From Psilocybe cubensis (lineage: Eukaryota), in NCBI GenBank assembly GCA_017499595.2, contig CM038999.1, positions 2,294,001 to 2,358,000 on the forward strand: 64,000 bases of DNA, given 5' to 3'. Shown here piece after piece: positions 1 to 12,199 of this stretch. Each line of letters starts with the position of its first letter. The stretch's first letter is position 1. The position numbers were made by a program, and so were the translations under genes. The notes beneath the pieces were generated by a model. The model searched no databases. It saw only the letters and a list, made by a program, of their open reading frames with translations, and was not told where the DNA came from.

Positions 1-329
1 AAATTTTCTCCCTAGCAACAGATTGTTTTTCTTGTGTGACAGTAAAAAACTTTTGTCACACAGAAAGATCAGAAATGCAAAATAATTTTTAAGTTTTTTT
101 TTTTGATAAAACATTATGGAAATATAGTTTTTAACATGCCTGAAGGCTACCATGAATATTCATTTTTGGGGGCCTTCAGGTTACTTTTTTCAGTCCAATG
201 AAGTGAGCTCAGAAGGCGTTTTTGGTCGGTCAGCAGATGCACTTATGGCAATTTTTTGTGCAAAAGGGATAACGGCATGTAACTGGGTAGACAACTTTGT
301 TTTCTTCCGCCTAACATAGGTGCTCAACA

Positions 330-2750
330 ATGAAACAATTAGCAAAAGCAACAATATGACTACTAACATTTTCTCATCCTATACCCTTGACACAATCTTC
401 TCAATAACTTTGCCCTTAGGCTGGCCCTGGAAACAGTCTAAAACAAAACCCTTCTCATAAAACTTTCAATACCTTGGTTTTATCTGGAGCCTACAACATA
501 AAACAATCAAAATACCATCCGAGAAGAAATCCAAATACCTAGCAAAAATTGCAAATTGGACCAAAGACGACCAAAAATTCTTGCTTAGAGAAGCAGAATC
601 ACTCTTTGGCATCTTAGTACACTGCTCATTAGCCATCCCGGAAGGACGTTTACGCCTTCCTGCCCTATCTCGCTTTGTTACCTCCTTTTCACATACCACA
701 TCCATCCATGCCCAATGAACACCTGGAAAACTCACACTCAATAACATTAACTGGTGGAATGAATGTTTACAACATGACTTCTGTGGCTCATCCTTAACCC
801 CATCACCGCCACTAAGCCCAATAGAATTCTGGGTTAATGCATCAACAGACTGGGGAATTGGGCTTGTTTTTAATAAGAAATGGTAATCATAGAAACTAAA
901 ACCACACTGGAAATTGAACGGATGCAACATTGGCTGGGCTGAATTCATTGCCATTGAAATAGGCCTATTATACACTATCCATTCCGGTTACACAAACACT
1001 TACTTTTTGATTTGCTCTGACAATCAAGGTGTCATCCAAGCTATTGAAGGAGGAAAATCACGCAGTCCCGAACAAAACAAAGTGTTACAATAAATTACAT
1101 CCCTTCTTACCACTAATTCATTATGGATAAAATCCTTATACATACCTTTAAAGCAAAATATTGCAGATGGACCTTTGTGTGGATTTTCCTTACCATACTT
1201 ACCTCGATCCAAATTTTTTTTTCTTTTCCATACACACTTGAACCCTTTCTACTATCTTCTTCACAAATGTTAGCATAGATAACCACACTTCGTAAATCCA
1301 TACATATTAATCCTCAATAACCCAATAATATTAAAATTAAATCAATGCACAAAATGAAATACAGCACACTCAACAATCCGCACACATACCAAACAAAGCC
1401 AAAGTAAACATGCACCGTTGTATCCACACCTCTTTCCAAACACTACACAACCTATTACCAACGGTGCGTTCTTCAGAATTTACATCTGTCTCAACCTTCA
1501 ACCCGGCCTCTTACCTATCCCTTAAAAAAACTTCATACTTTACTTCTGATGACTTTTCTCTTGTACCAGCAAACCATCAAAGCTTTCCTCTCAAACAACC
1601 CCAAAGTTTACCACCTAATTGACCAAACCCTTATAGCTTCCATCGCAGAAAGACCTTATCAAAGCAAAAAACACACCATACTACCCAGCCTACGTTATTT
1701 GATTGGTTACCTCTGTGACAAGTTGCCATGGCCCATAAATTCTCCAAGAAAACCCATTAACAACTTCAAAACGCACTTGCCCACAGCTAGACCTCATCCA
1801 CCTTCAACAAATACTCTAACTCTATTCAACATTTTCAAACATTCTGTGAACTAGAAGGCGTCCCAAACCACAAATGCTTCCCAGCAAACAAGTTTGTACT
1901 ATGCACCTTTGCAGCATCCGGTGCAGGCTCTTCTTCCTTCTCAACCATCCGGAACAAGATTACCGCCATAAAAGGCTGGCATGACTTGCATGGGGCACAA
2001 TGGAATGGTGGCCCCCGCCTTCGCCTAGTCCTAAATGGTGTCAAAAATCTCACACCAGCATCCTCAACATGCCTACCACGAACGCCCATTAACACCACCA
2101 TGCTTTTACAACTTATAGACGGCCTTGACCTCTCTCTTCCTCTCGACGCCTCCATTAGAGCTTGCGCAGCAGTAGCATTCTGGAGACAGTGCTGCCTAGG
2201 TGAACTTTTTAGTACCTCTCCTAACCTTCCAACAACCTTAACTACTCCCTCACGCCAATTGTTACACCGCTCCAGACGGAAGTTACACACCCTTGTATTG
2301 TCATTACCTCGTACCAAAACCAAGAGACACAGCAACAATGTCATCCTGACACAACAAACCAAATGACTTGATCCCGCGCATCTACTCACAAACCATTTAC
2401 GCACCAGTTAACTACCTAAACACCTCCCTCTTTTCACGTATTTATCCCCCTCTGGTCTACACCAACTAACCAAGCACTGCTTTATGCTTTGATGCAATGC
2501 AATTTGGAAAAGCCACGGCTATCCAAGGATTACCGGACACAGCTTTTGCATTGGCGGCACAACTGAACTGCTGCTCGCAGGCATTCCCCCAGCTGTTGTA
2601 AAAGTACTAGGACAATAGTCTTCAAACTTGTTCTTAAGATACTGGAGGTTTCCCAAAGACATTGCCCCCCAATACATCCAAAACCTATGCACCTCACGCA
2701 AACAAAAGCACTCCAATTGCACTTGGTAAACATCTACAAACTGCCTTTTG
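330..2750 (+). mobile_element. Degenerate tyrosine-recombinase (DIRS/Ngaro-like) retrotransposon relic: RT tail, RNase H and YR fragments
   Basis: Broken frames give the RNase H motifs V(N)ASTDWGIG (~835), IGWAEFIAIE and SDNQGV. YR motifs are AFWRQCCLGEL, LPRTKTK and GHSFCIGGTTELLLAGIPPAVVKVLGQ*SS..FLRYWR (~2535-2650). Many stops; ends not defined. Confidence 0.8.
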
Positions 2751-2989
2751 GGGGCAAGCCAATGTTCCTGCTTTGGCTGGCGGTTGTCTTCCCTTTCTTT
2801 CTTGGGGTCATCCGGCATACTTCCATTGGTTATCTACGCCCTAGAGACAAAACAGCCATCCTATCAGCCGTCAATCTCTCTATACCCCAAACACACTACC
2901 TACATAATCAATGCTATGCACTACTAGGCACAATGCACCCCTAATGAGAAGCTAAGATCTTTGTTCAGAGCTTCTTCTCAAAGAAACCC

Positions 2990-5845
2990 AATGAATCTAC
3001 TGTACCGCAAGACTTTGAATATTTAGCTGCAGTCCCAGGCAATAGGCAAATCACAAGACAACAAATCCAATGCCAACTAAATCAACTATCCTTATACAAA
3101 GCTTGCGGGATTGACAAAGTACCCAACATTGTCTTATAAAAAATGGCCCTGATCATAATCAACCATCTGCATGCAATATATAATGCAATAATCAAAACGG
3201 GACACTATCCTGAGATGTGGAAACACTCAATGACCATTGTGCTGAAGAAGCCTAAAAAACCCAGCTATAAAACACCAAAGGCATACCACCCAATAGCTCT
3301 CCTTAACACACTGCCCAAAGTTTTAATAGAAATAGTGGCTGAACAAATCAGCCACCTTGTTGAAAAATACTAACTATTGCCCAATATGCACTTCAGAAGC
3401 AGACCAAGAAGAACCACTACTAATACTATGCACTACATGGTTGACAAGGTAAAAACGGCTTAGAGGCGGGGTAAAATTGCATTAATGTTATTCCTTAATG
3501 TGAAAGGCGCATTTTCCAACACAGTGACAGACAGGTTGATTCACAATCTTAGAAAACATTGGATACCAACAGTATATGTGAACTTTATCTGAGAACTACT
3601 CAAGAATCAAAAACCAAACTTAAATTTGAAAACTTTGTATCTGCACTCATGGAGATAGATAACAGAATCAAATAGGGAGACCCTCTGTCAATGCTTCTTT
3701 ACATCATCTATAATACTGACCTACTCAAAATAGTCAATTGCAAGGATGGAGAAGAGACCATCGGATATGTCGACAATGTAACCCTGTTGATAACAGGAGA
3801 CAACACAGATAAAACAATGGACAAGCTGAGTGAACTAATTTACAAGGTAGACGGAGCACTCACCTGGAGCAACAGTTACAACTCAAGGTTTGCACTAGCC
3901 AAATAGACTATGATGCACCTTGATCCAAAAAATCCAGAAACTTTGGACCATCCACAATACTGGAAGTAAATGGCAAGCTGGTGCCGCAAGTCAACAACTT
4001 TAAGTGCCTCAGTTTTCAAATAGACTGCCAATTGAAGTGGAAAATGCATCTACAGAGGGTAACCAACAAGGCAACAAAGTGGGTAGCTAATTTCAATAGA
4101 CTTGCAAAACCAACTACAGGCATCTCCTGCATCACCTATTTATTGCCACGGTCTTACCAAGGCTCACATATGGAATCAATGTTTGGTACACCTCCCTAAC
4201 AAAACCGCCAGTGTATTGCAACAACATTGGATTGATCACAATACTCAAGAGAATAATCATGATACAACAAAGGACCATACTTTTGATAATTGGGGCAATG
4301 AAGACCATACCAACAGAGTTATTAGATGCTTATGAAGGTGTTCTACCACTCAAACTGGCACTGCTGAAAGCCTACTACAGATCCGTCATACAAATAGTGA
4401 TACTCCTAATGAGCCACCCACTGCACAAGGTGCTAGAAAAGGCTAAAACGCAACCACCCAACTAATACAAGTCCCCAATCAACAATCTATTAAGAATCTT
4501 TGATATAAAACCAAGCTCCTTTGAGAAGATCAAACCAATATCTTACCTGCCCAATTACTAACCGCCATACAAAATAGTGATTGCGCCAACACACAATTAG
4601 TCCATAAAGTACAAAGCAAGCAGCATAGTCAACATATGCGTGTACACAAACAGATTGGGTCATGACAAAAAGGTGGGCACAGTGGCGGTACTACTGAAAA
4701 CAAGACAGGACAGACATAATAAGGTACTGCAAAAACACCTGGGCACAAAAGAGGAGCACAATACATACAATGCGGAAGCAGTTGGAAGCCTGCTAGCCTC
4801 TAGACTTATACAAAGTGAACAGCCTACCACCAATAATGTCATAAATGTCTTTAGCAACAACCAAGCACTGCTAAAGAGCCTCCAAAAACCCAAAGCTAAG
4901 TCAGGCTAACATATACTCAAGGATATTAACAAAGCATACAAAAGCTTATAGGGAACAATAACCATTCACTGGATTTTTGGGCACTCTGAAGTTTTGGGCA
5001 ACAAATAAGCAAACAAAGAGGCAAAATGAGCAACAGAAGGCAACAGTTAGCACCCAGCAAACTCCCAACATACCTTACTACACCAATAAAGAAGAGCATA
5101 TCTGCTAAGAAACAGGCATACCATGCCAAACTCCTAGAAATCTGGAAAGAAAAATGGGAATCCTCACACAAAAAAAAAAATTCAAAAACATAGACTTAGA
5201 ATTCCCCTTCAACAACTACAGGAGGGCAATAAAGAAACTGAATAGAACACAGACGAGTGTGCTCATCTAGGTGAGATTGGGGCATATCCCACTCAACGGC
5301 CATATCAGCAAATTCAGCATTGAACAAAGCAAGCAATGCCCCAAATGCTGGAAAAGACAAGACAATGCAAGAGCAACAGAGACTGTTAAACACTTCATAT
5401 TCAAATGCAAAGGATACAGACACAAACAACAATTGCTATGGGACAACATAGGGGAGAGGTACTACAGCCTGGAGAAATTAACTACAAGACAAGAAAACGC
5501 AAAGACATTGCTGAAATACAACGCCAGGACAAAGAGGTTGAAACCCTATAAAGAAGACCTGTTAAACAGAGAAATAGAAGAAGAGGAATAAAACAAACAA
5601 AAGGAGCAATAACAACACCCACTACTAACAAAAATTATTACGCAAAAACAATAGGCAAGAAAGACAGCTTGCAAATTCACTAGAAATGGCGACACAAACA
5701 GCCTAGAAAGGCTAGACCTAGAGGGGTGATGTGAGGGCCCTTAGAGGTGCAGAGTTGCATTGGTGAAGGAAAAGAATGCTAGGTGTGTGTAGGTAGATAG
5801 ATAGTACAAAGCTGAGGGAGGGGCCTACCCCTTAGAGGCTATAAC
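2990..5845 (+). mobile_element. 5'-truncated, degenerate non-LTR retrotransposon (Tad1-like LINE): RT, RNase H, C-terminal Zn knuckle
   Basis: RT motifs: WKHSMTIVLKKPKKPSYKTPKAYHPIALLNTLPK, GDPLSMLLYIIYN and GYVDN (decayed YVDD). An RNase H-like segment lies at 4640-4909 (YNAEAVG, FSNNQA). The C-terminus reads RLGHIPLNGH..CPKC..ETVKHFIFKC (5271-5591). Many stops and frameshifts; boundaries approximate. Confidence 0.88.
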
Positions 5846-6154
5846 TGGATTGAGCAAGGTGAAGAGTTGCTCGGGGTTAATGTAAAGTCAATAGCCCTCT
5901 CAACCTTCGGCCACCAGGCTACCAGGCCTCCATAAAACCTCATCCCCTCTTGTGGCCCACAACACCTTCATCTCTCATTCAGTTTGTATATTGATTCTCG
6001 TAGAATAGCATGGACAATATAGTATGCATGCCACTAGTGGCATCGGACTGTAGATACTTATGTAAATAGAGCTTAGAAAGTGAGGATTCAGACATTCGTC
6101 GTCCTTACCCGCGTTTCTCGTCTACTCTCAGTAGCACTCGTCACTGTTTTTTTT
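5846..6154 (+). repeat. Split direct repeat A1 of the Ngaro element
   Basis: Runs TGGATTGAGCAAGGTGAAGAG...CTCGTCACTG(T)n; near-identical to 13415-13728. Confidence 0.95.
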
Positions 6155-6210
6155 GATTTTTTACGCTCCCTCTCTCGCACAACACAGGTTACTCAACCAC
6201 CCGCTAGTGC

Positions 6211-7209
6211 ATGCCCAAGGGACCCAGGAAAGGCCCCAACAGCAGTCAATTCCGCATAAATGGCCGCTTTGCAAAGCCTAGCAAACCTACCATCCCCTCC
6301 AACTCGGAACCTGAGGTCAACGAAATCACTTCTTACCTTAACAACCTTACCATAACCAAATATTCCAACATGACTGCGCCCAACAATCAAGAGTCTGCCA
6401 GTAGCACGGAAGAAAGGCTTACCCAGCTCCTCCAAACAGTAAACGCACTTGCGAGCCAAGTGCAGCTACTCTCCGCTTCTAGGACTATGGCTCAGCCCCA
6501 AGCAAACACGCTGCCACCTCCGGAACCACAGCATAGCACGGGGTTTGTTCTGCCTATTCCTAACACACTAGATGCATCTCCGTCTCTCCGCTCCACCTTT
6601 CCGGAAATCGAGGCGGCCCACATCACCGCAATCATTATCCACACCTTTCAACAATACGACCTCCACAAGCTGGACTCCAAGTACTGTGAAAAAATGGCCG
6701 AGCCGGCTTACACATTCAACGCCTCAACCATGCAGTTTGAGGCTAGTAACAAAGCCGCACACAAGTACAAGATGGTCAACTCGCTGCTCACCCCCCTTAT
6801 AATCTACTTTGATGTTCTCATAGCTCACCTATTTGCTGCGTCTCCACGCGTGAATGTGTCCCACTTTTTCTTCAAGTTCATAAATCACTTTCACAAGTTG
6901 ACCACGGAGTATGATTGGCCTGCAGTCCTGGAATACACCATGGCATTCATAGCCCGCCAATGTGCAGACATGGCTGACCACGGTAATTATACAAAGTGGG
7001 GACTTCCGAATAAGGAGTTACAACTACAACACCTATTCGGACATTGTTGTGCACCAGGCAATAAGACAGGCACCCTAAGAGCCACTGGAATTAAGAAGGA
7101 TAATGGTAGCACCGTATGCCAAAACTTCAATCTTGGCACCTGTACCCAGACACCATGCCCCTATGGGAGAATCCATGCGAAGGGAAGTGGCTCAGACAAA
7201 ACCAACTAG
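6211..7209 (+). CDS. Ngaro ORF1 (gag-like) with C-terminal CCCH-type zinc finger
   Basis: Open 332-aa ORF directly after A1. It contains a coiled-coil-like segment, YDWPAVLEY and CQNFNLGTCTQTPCPYGRIH. Confidence 0.8.
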   Translation: MPKGPRKGPNSSQFRINGRFAKPSKPTIPSNSEPEVNEITSYLNNLTITKYSNMTAPNNQESASSTEERLTQLLQTVNALASQVQLLSASRTMAQPQANTLPPPEPQHSTGFVLPIPNTLDASPSLRSTFPEIEAAHITAIIIHTFQQYDLHKLDSKYCEKMAEPAYTFNASTMQFEASNKAAHKYKMVNSLLTPLIIYFDVLIAHLFAASPRVNVSHFFFKFINHFHKLTTEYDWPAVLEYTMAFIARQCADMADHGNYTKWGLPNKELQLQHLFGHCCAPGNKTGTLRATGIKKDNGSTVCQNFNLGTCTQTPCPYGRIHAKGSGSDKTN

Positions 7210-8268
7210 GCATCCGGCAGGATAGGGCCTCCAGCCTTGCCACAGCCTTGTCCTTGCCCCACCAACGGCGAGCCACCCCAGTTTTACAACAGTCATGGAC
7301 CTATAACCACATTTCAATTACCCTACTCTGACGTTTTTCCACATCTTGCACCACTACCTGCCCGTCCCAACACCGATCCAAGGGCAAACACTCCCCCTGC
7401 TGAATCCAGTACTCTGTAGCCTTGCGTCCTTTCCACACTAAATGAGGAGGCATGGGCTTTTTACTTACATTACTACCCCAATCGTGTCTTTGTAGATACA
7501 ATAATCCATATCATTCGTCATGGTGCAAACCTCGGTTTCTCCGGAAACAAAAGCATCTCTCAATCATGCCAAAACCTGAAGTCCGCCTTCGATCTACCCT
7601 CAATCACGTTAGCTCTTTCTACAGACATTGCTACACAAGTCGCAAATGGCCACACGCATGGCCCATTTAAGGAACCGCCCTTCCCCAATTTTTGTTGCTC
7701 ACCTGTTGGAGCAGTCACTCGCAAGCGCACCACTAAAATTTGCCGCATCCACCATCTTTCCCATCCTGACGGTACCTCTATCAATGATGGAATCCCCAAT
7801 TCCGAAGCAACAATAGACTACGACATGGTTAGCAAAGCCATTGCTGATCTTGCAGCTTCTGGGCCACATTCTTCTATGATTAAGCTAGACTTAGAATCTG
7901 CTTTTTGCCATATCCCTGTTAGAAAGGAGGATTGGTACCTTCTTGGCTTTATCTGAGACAATCAGTTTTATCATAATGTCGTCCTGGGCTTTGGGTGCAG
8001 ATCAGCTCCCTACATCTTCAACCTGTTTGGCGAAACCCTCCATTAGATCATCCAGGCCCACATTCCCGCCAGAATCCAACACTATCTTGACAACTACCTT
8101 ACAATATTTCCGCCCAACACACCACCCGACGTGGTCACAAAGGCCCTTGAATGGGTCCTGGCTCTGGGCGCACAACTAGATCTTAAATTCCAACCCTCCA
8201 AGATCAAAGGTCTAGCAACAAAGATGGAATTTCTAGGGCTAGAACTTGACTCCGACGCCATGGAAGTA

Positions 8269-9854
8269 CAGTGGGCAAAAAAACCGTTTGAGTGTTGGTC
8301 ACGTATGAAAAGATTAATTTATAACTTTGAAATTAAAAATGTTAAAAATATGAGATTATTCACAGGTATACTAGAGGGTATTAGCTAAAGGATGGCACAC
8401 TGATCATGTGATTTTTCCAAGAATTGACCAAACAGGAGCATATACAGTTTGCTAAGTCATTCGAACATTTTTTTTGCTAAACACTTGAGTATCAATAAAT
8501 CATATCTACTAGTACTTTGTATGTCCACCCTTGGCCTTAATCACTGCTGCACACCTTCTAGGCATGCTAGCAATCAAATTCTGCACCACTTTCTTGGGTA
8601 TTCCATTCCATTCCTTCTCAACCCTCTCCCAAAGTTCATGGATACCCTTTGGTGGAACTTCATGTTCATTAAGTCTTCTTTTGAGGTATTCCCATAGATG
8701 TTCAATGGGGTTGAGATCTAGAGATTGTGCAGGCCATATGAGGACCCTAAAATTCTGCTCTTCAAACCATTTCTTGGCCAATTTTGAGGTGTGCTTGGGG
8801 TCATTGTCTTGCTGAAAGTGGATATCTTCTACCTGTTGGCCATACCACTCCAAGGATTTTAGGAGCTCATCACCTAGGATCTCAGTGTATAACTGAGCAT
8901 CCATCTTCCCATCAATTCTAGTGGCAAATCCAATTCCTTCCCATCCCATACAATCCCACATCATCAAGTTTCCTCCTCCAAACTTCACAGTTTGCTTGAT
9001 CCTCCTGGGGTCCTGTCTGTTTTCCTTGTCTATCCACACCTGATCTCTGCCATCTGAACCCAATCTGTTGATTTTGACCCTTGCCCAGTCATCCACAGTC
9101 CACTCCAAGTGCCTTTCTGCAAACTCCAATCTAGCCCTCCTATGCTTTTTTGATAACAAAAGCTTCTTTTGTTTTGCCACTAAGACCATGCCAGTTATTT
9201 GAGTGCATTCCTAACTGTTTGAGGACTGATATTCTGGCCATTAATAGTAGCCAGAGACTTGGCAGCTTGCATAGCATTCTTGATTTGTCCAGTTCGAATT
9301 CCACGCTTGGTATAGGTAATATTGGCATCAGTCAGCTTCTTTGGGCATCCTCCATGAGAAACCACTGCCTCAGGACAGTAGTCTTGGCAAATCTTGGTGA
9401 TAGAACCAGCACTAGCTCCAGTCTGGGCCTTGATAGAGGCATAGGAGTGACCAGAAGTAAGAAGAGAGACAATAGTAGCAATGGTTGCTTTAGAGAGGGG
9501 TTTTATGCTTGATTGGGAGGATAAAGAGGTTGGTTGTAGATATTATATACCTATTCAACATGTAGTCACATGATTTTATTGATAGTTGTTTGGTATATCA
9601 ACAAAGTCATGTGATAATACATAGTTTATAGCATTTAAATTACTAGCAAAAAAACTGTTCAAATGACTTAGCAAATTGTGTATGCTGCTGTTTGGTCAAT
9701 TCTTGGAAAAATCACATGATCAGTGTGCCATCCTTTAGCTAATACCCTCTAGTATACCTGTGAATAATCACATATTTTTAACATTTTGAATTTCAAAGTT
9801 ATAAATTAATCTTTTCATACGTGACCAACACTCGAACGGTTTTTTTGCCCACTG
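8269..9854 (-). mobile_element. Tc1/mariner DNA transposon (DD34E), 1586 bp, about 210-bp terminal inverted repeats, TA target duplication
   Basis: Ends read TA|CAGTGGGCAAAAAAACCG... at 8267 and ...CGGTTTTTTTGCCCACTG|TA at 9856. TIRs span about 8269-8479 and 9643-9854. Confidence 0.96.
8509..9508 (-). pseudogene. Tc1 transposase, inactivated
   Basis: Motifs TVKFGGGNLMMW, QQDNDPKH-34aa-NPIEHLW and SMPRRCAAVIKAKGGHTKY are present. The usual WSDE motif is absent (WARV|KINR) and the N-terminus is frameshifted. The 5' limit is approximate. Confidence 0.88.
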
Positions 9855-10063
9855 TACGGCTCCCATAGGAGAAACTCCAATATCTTGCTGACATTCTTCA
9901 AACATGGTCAAAGACACAGAAATGTACAAAACATCAATTTGACAAGCTCGCCAGATTCTTACAATTTGCATCACAAGTGATCCCAACTTCCCGCGCGTTC
10001 CTACGCAGCCTCTACGATTTTTCATCTGATTTTGACCCACATTCCAAATTTCAGAAACAACGT

Positions 10064-11692
10064 TATCATACCCCAATCCTGATTGGAGATGAGATGTTCA
10101 TTTTGGATCTACACACGACGCCCTCAACCCAAGCAGTCATTCTTTCCATAAGTCATCCACACATCTTATCTTATCAACACTTGTCACATGGGAGCCATGT
10201 TATTCCGGATCATGTCACTTCGTTGGATCATCAAGGCTATGCGACGGATCAGTCAACCATCAAACTGCACAGCTTTCTACACTGCCTTGCACAGCCGGAC
10301 TGTCAACTCTATTTTTATCAATTCAATGGTCTTACTCAGCGTCAGGCTGCGGATTACTCATTCCAACTTATTTTTGGTTTGTCTTACTCATCCTTTTGTG
10401 TTTATTTATATCTTTTCTATTGTCTGTTGCGCTTTTATTGTCTTTGTCTTACCAATCTTCTATGCTTTCTGACTCATCCTTGCTTCTTTTATCTAATCTG
10501 TATTACCATTCACCTTTGTCATACACTTCTTTCTTACTCATCCTATTCATTTCTTATCTGTCGTCGTGTCGATATTGACATGCCTTATTGTTCTTGCTTA
10601 TTGTTACACTTGCGTAGCCTCATTCTTGACACTTTGTACAGTATATGACTTGGTTTTCAGTAGCTCAGATTGGTATTTCGTTCACGTAGCTTTTAGTATA
10701 AAAGCTGTAGTAGAATTACACGAAATGACAGGAAAGTTACACCCAGTCCCCACTTTCTTCAAAGCAAGTCAATTTTCATCCAAGTCAAGTCAATTTCAAG
10801 TCAATCCACATCGATTCATTTCAATTCCAAGTTCAAGTTCAAGCCAAGCCCAAACCCAAGTCCAATTCAGTCATCAGTTCTACCCTCCGTCGAGACCAAG
10901 TTTACTTCCATTCATCCGAAGTCATCTCGCTTTCCATTAAGAGAGGATTTCATCCGAGACCAGTCATCCTCCTCATCCAACGCCTCTTCTTCTCAGCGTT
11001 GAATATCCAACTTCTATCCAGACCTCCAGTACTTCCCTACTTCCTCTCCTCCATTCAATCCGTCACCGCTCCTACTCTTTCTACACCTTCCAACCATCGC
11101 CGTTAGGAGTGTATTCAAGACATCCTTTCCCTCCGTCAACTCATCTGGAGCGATTTCATTCGAGACAGACTTAGTCTTTCATCCTCAATTCAGTCAATAC
11201 TCCTGCGACGTATAGCTTCATTCCAAGCTTCAGAAAGATTGTCAATTTAAAGACACTTTCACCATTCTTCAAGATTCAGCCCGTTAACGACATTCCGACT
11301 CCTAGTCATCTTCTCATCTCCCCTCGGAACGTTCCCCATTCACTTCAGACAACCCCTCTAAGATTCACATTTATTGATTTCTCATACGCATTCTACGCAT
11401 CTTCTTCACGCTTTCCATATACACCCGCCATCCAATTCCACGGTTCCATCCCATTTTCGGAAGGCTTATTTACTATCGTACCCAGACAACCCGGTTATCC
11501 GCCTCTTACTATTTTGCTTTCGTTACCCTTCACGATCCACACCATCCTAATCTACTTAAATCCTAGGCAGCGTCCTCCCTTAAAAAACTTAGGAGAAGGT
11601 TTCGTCCTATCCAGTCTGGACCACTCTTTCTCTGGGGTTTGTGTTTGTTGGATTACATATAGTTTATAACCAATCACAAACTTCGATCTTCA
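10064..11692 (+). mobile_element. Probable solo LTR (~1.63 kb) inserted in the Ngaro RT
   Basis: Flanked by a (CA)ACGT direct repeat at 10058-10063 and 11691-11696. Termini read TA..CA (decayed TG..CA). It is non-coding, with internal short repeats (TCTTACTCATCC, TCAAG) and a TATAAAA at ~10697. Confidence 0.7.
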
Positions 11693-12199
11693 ACGTCTAT
11701 CTAGAGCAGCACGCCGGGATATTAACTGGTGGCATCAGTTCTCTACCTTGTGGAACAGCATTCGCTTCATTTTGCCTCAGCGGGACACGCTGCATATCTT
11801 CACTGATGCAGCGGGCAATAAAGGACTTGGGGGCCACTTTGAATCGCAATGGTTTTCGGCCAAATGCCCTAGGCGCTATTGCCCCGGGCACATACAAGTA
11901 AAAGAGATGTTTGTTGTTGTTTACGCTGTGCTCTGTTGGGGAGAAGCCTTCTCACGAAAGCACATCGTTTTTCACGTTGACAACGAGGCAGTCTTTTCAG
12001 CTATCAATAAACTCACCATCGACTCTCCGCCAACCCTGGCCATTCTCAAGTACCTTATCTACCTCGCGTGCCGCCTCAATTTCTCATTCTCTTTGGTTTG
12101 GATTTCTACATCTGATAATGCAATTGCTGACGCAGCCTCACAGTTCTCTTTTTCACGCATGTTTTCACTCGCACCCCACTTCAACAAGCAGCCATCCTT

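Noticed and set aside
8131-8388. ORFs 8131-8388 (+) and 9768-10076 (-) sharing VQWAKKPFECWSRMKRLIYNFEI
   Set aside because: Both are translations of the Tc1 terminal inverted repeats, not a duplicated gene.
9977-10648. 223-aa hydrophobic Cys/Leu/Tyr-rich ORF
   Set aside because: Chimeric: 29 codons of Ngaro RT run into the T-rich non-coding insertion.
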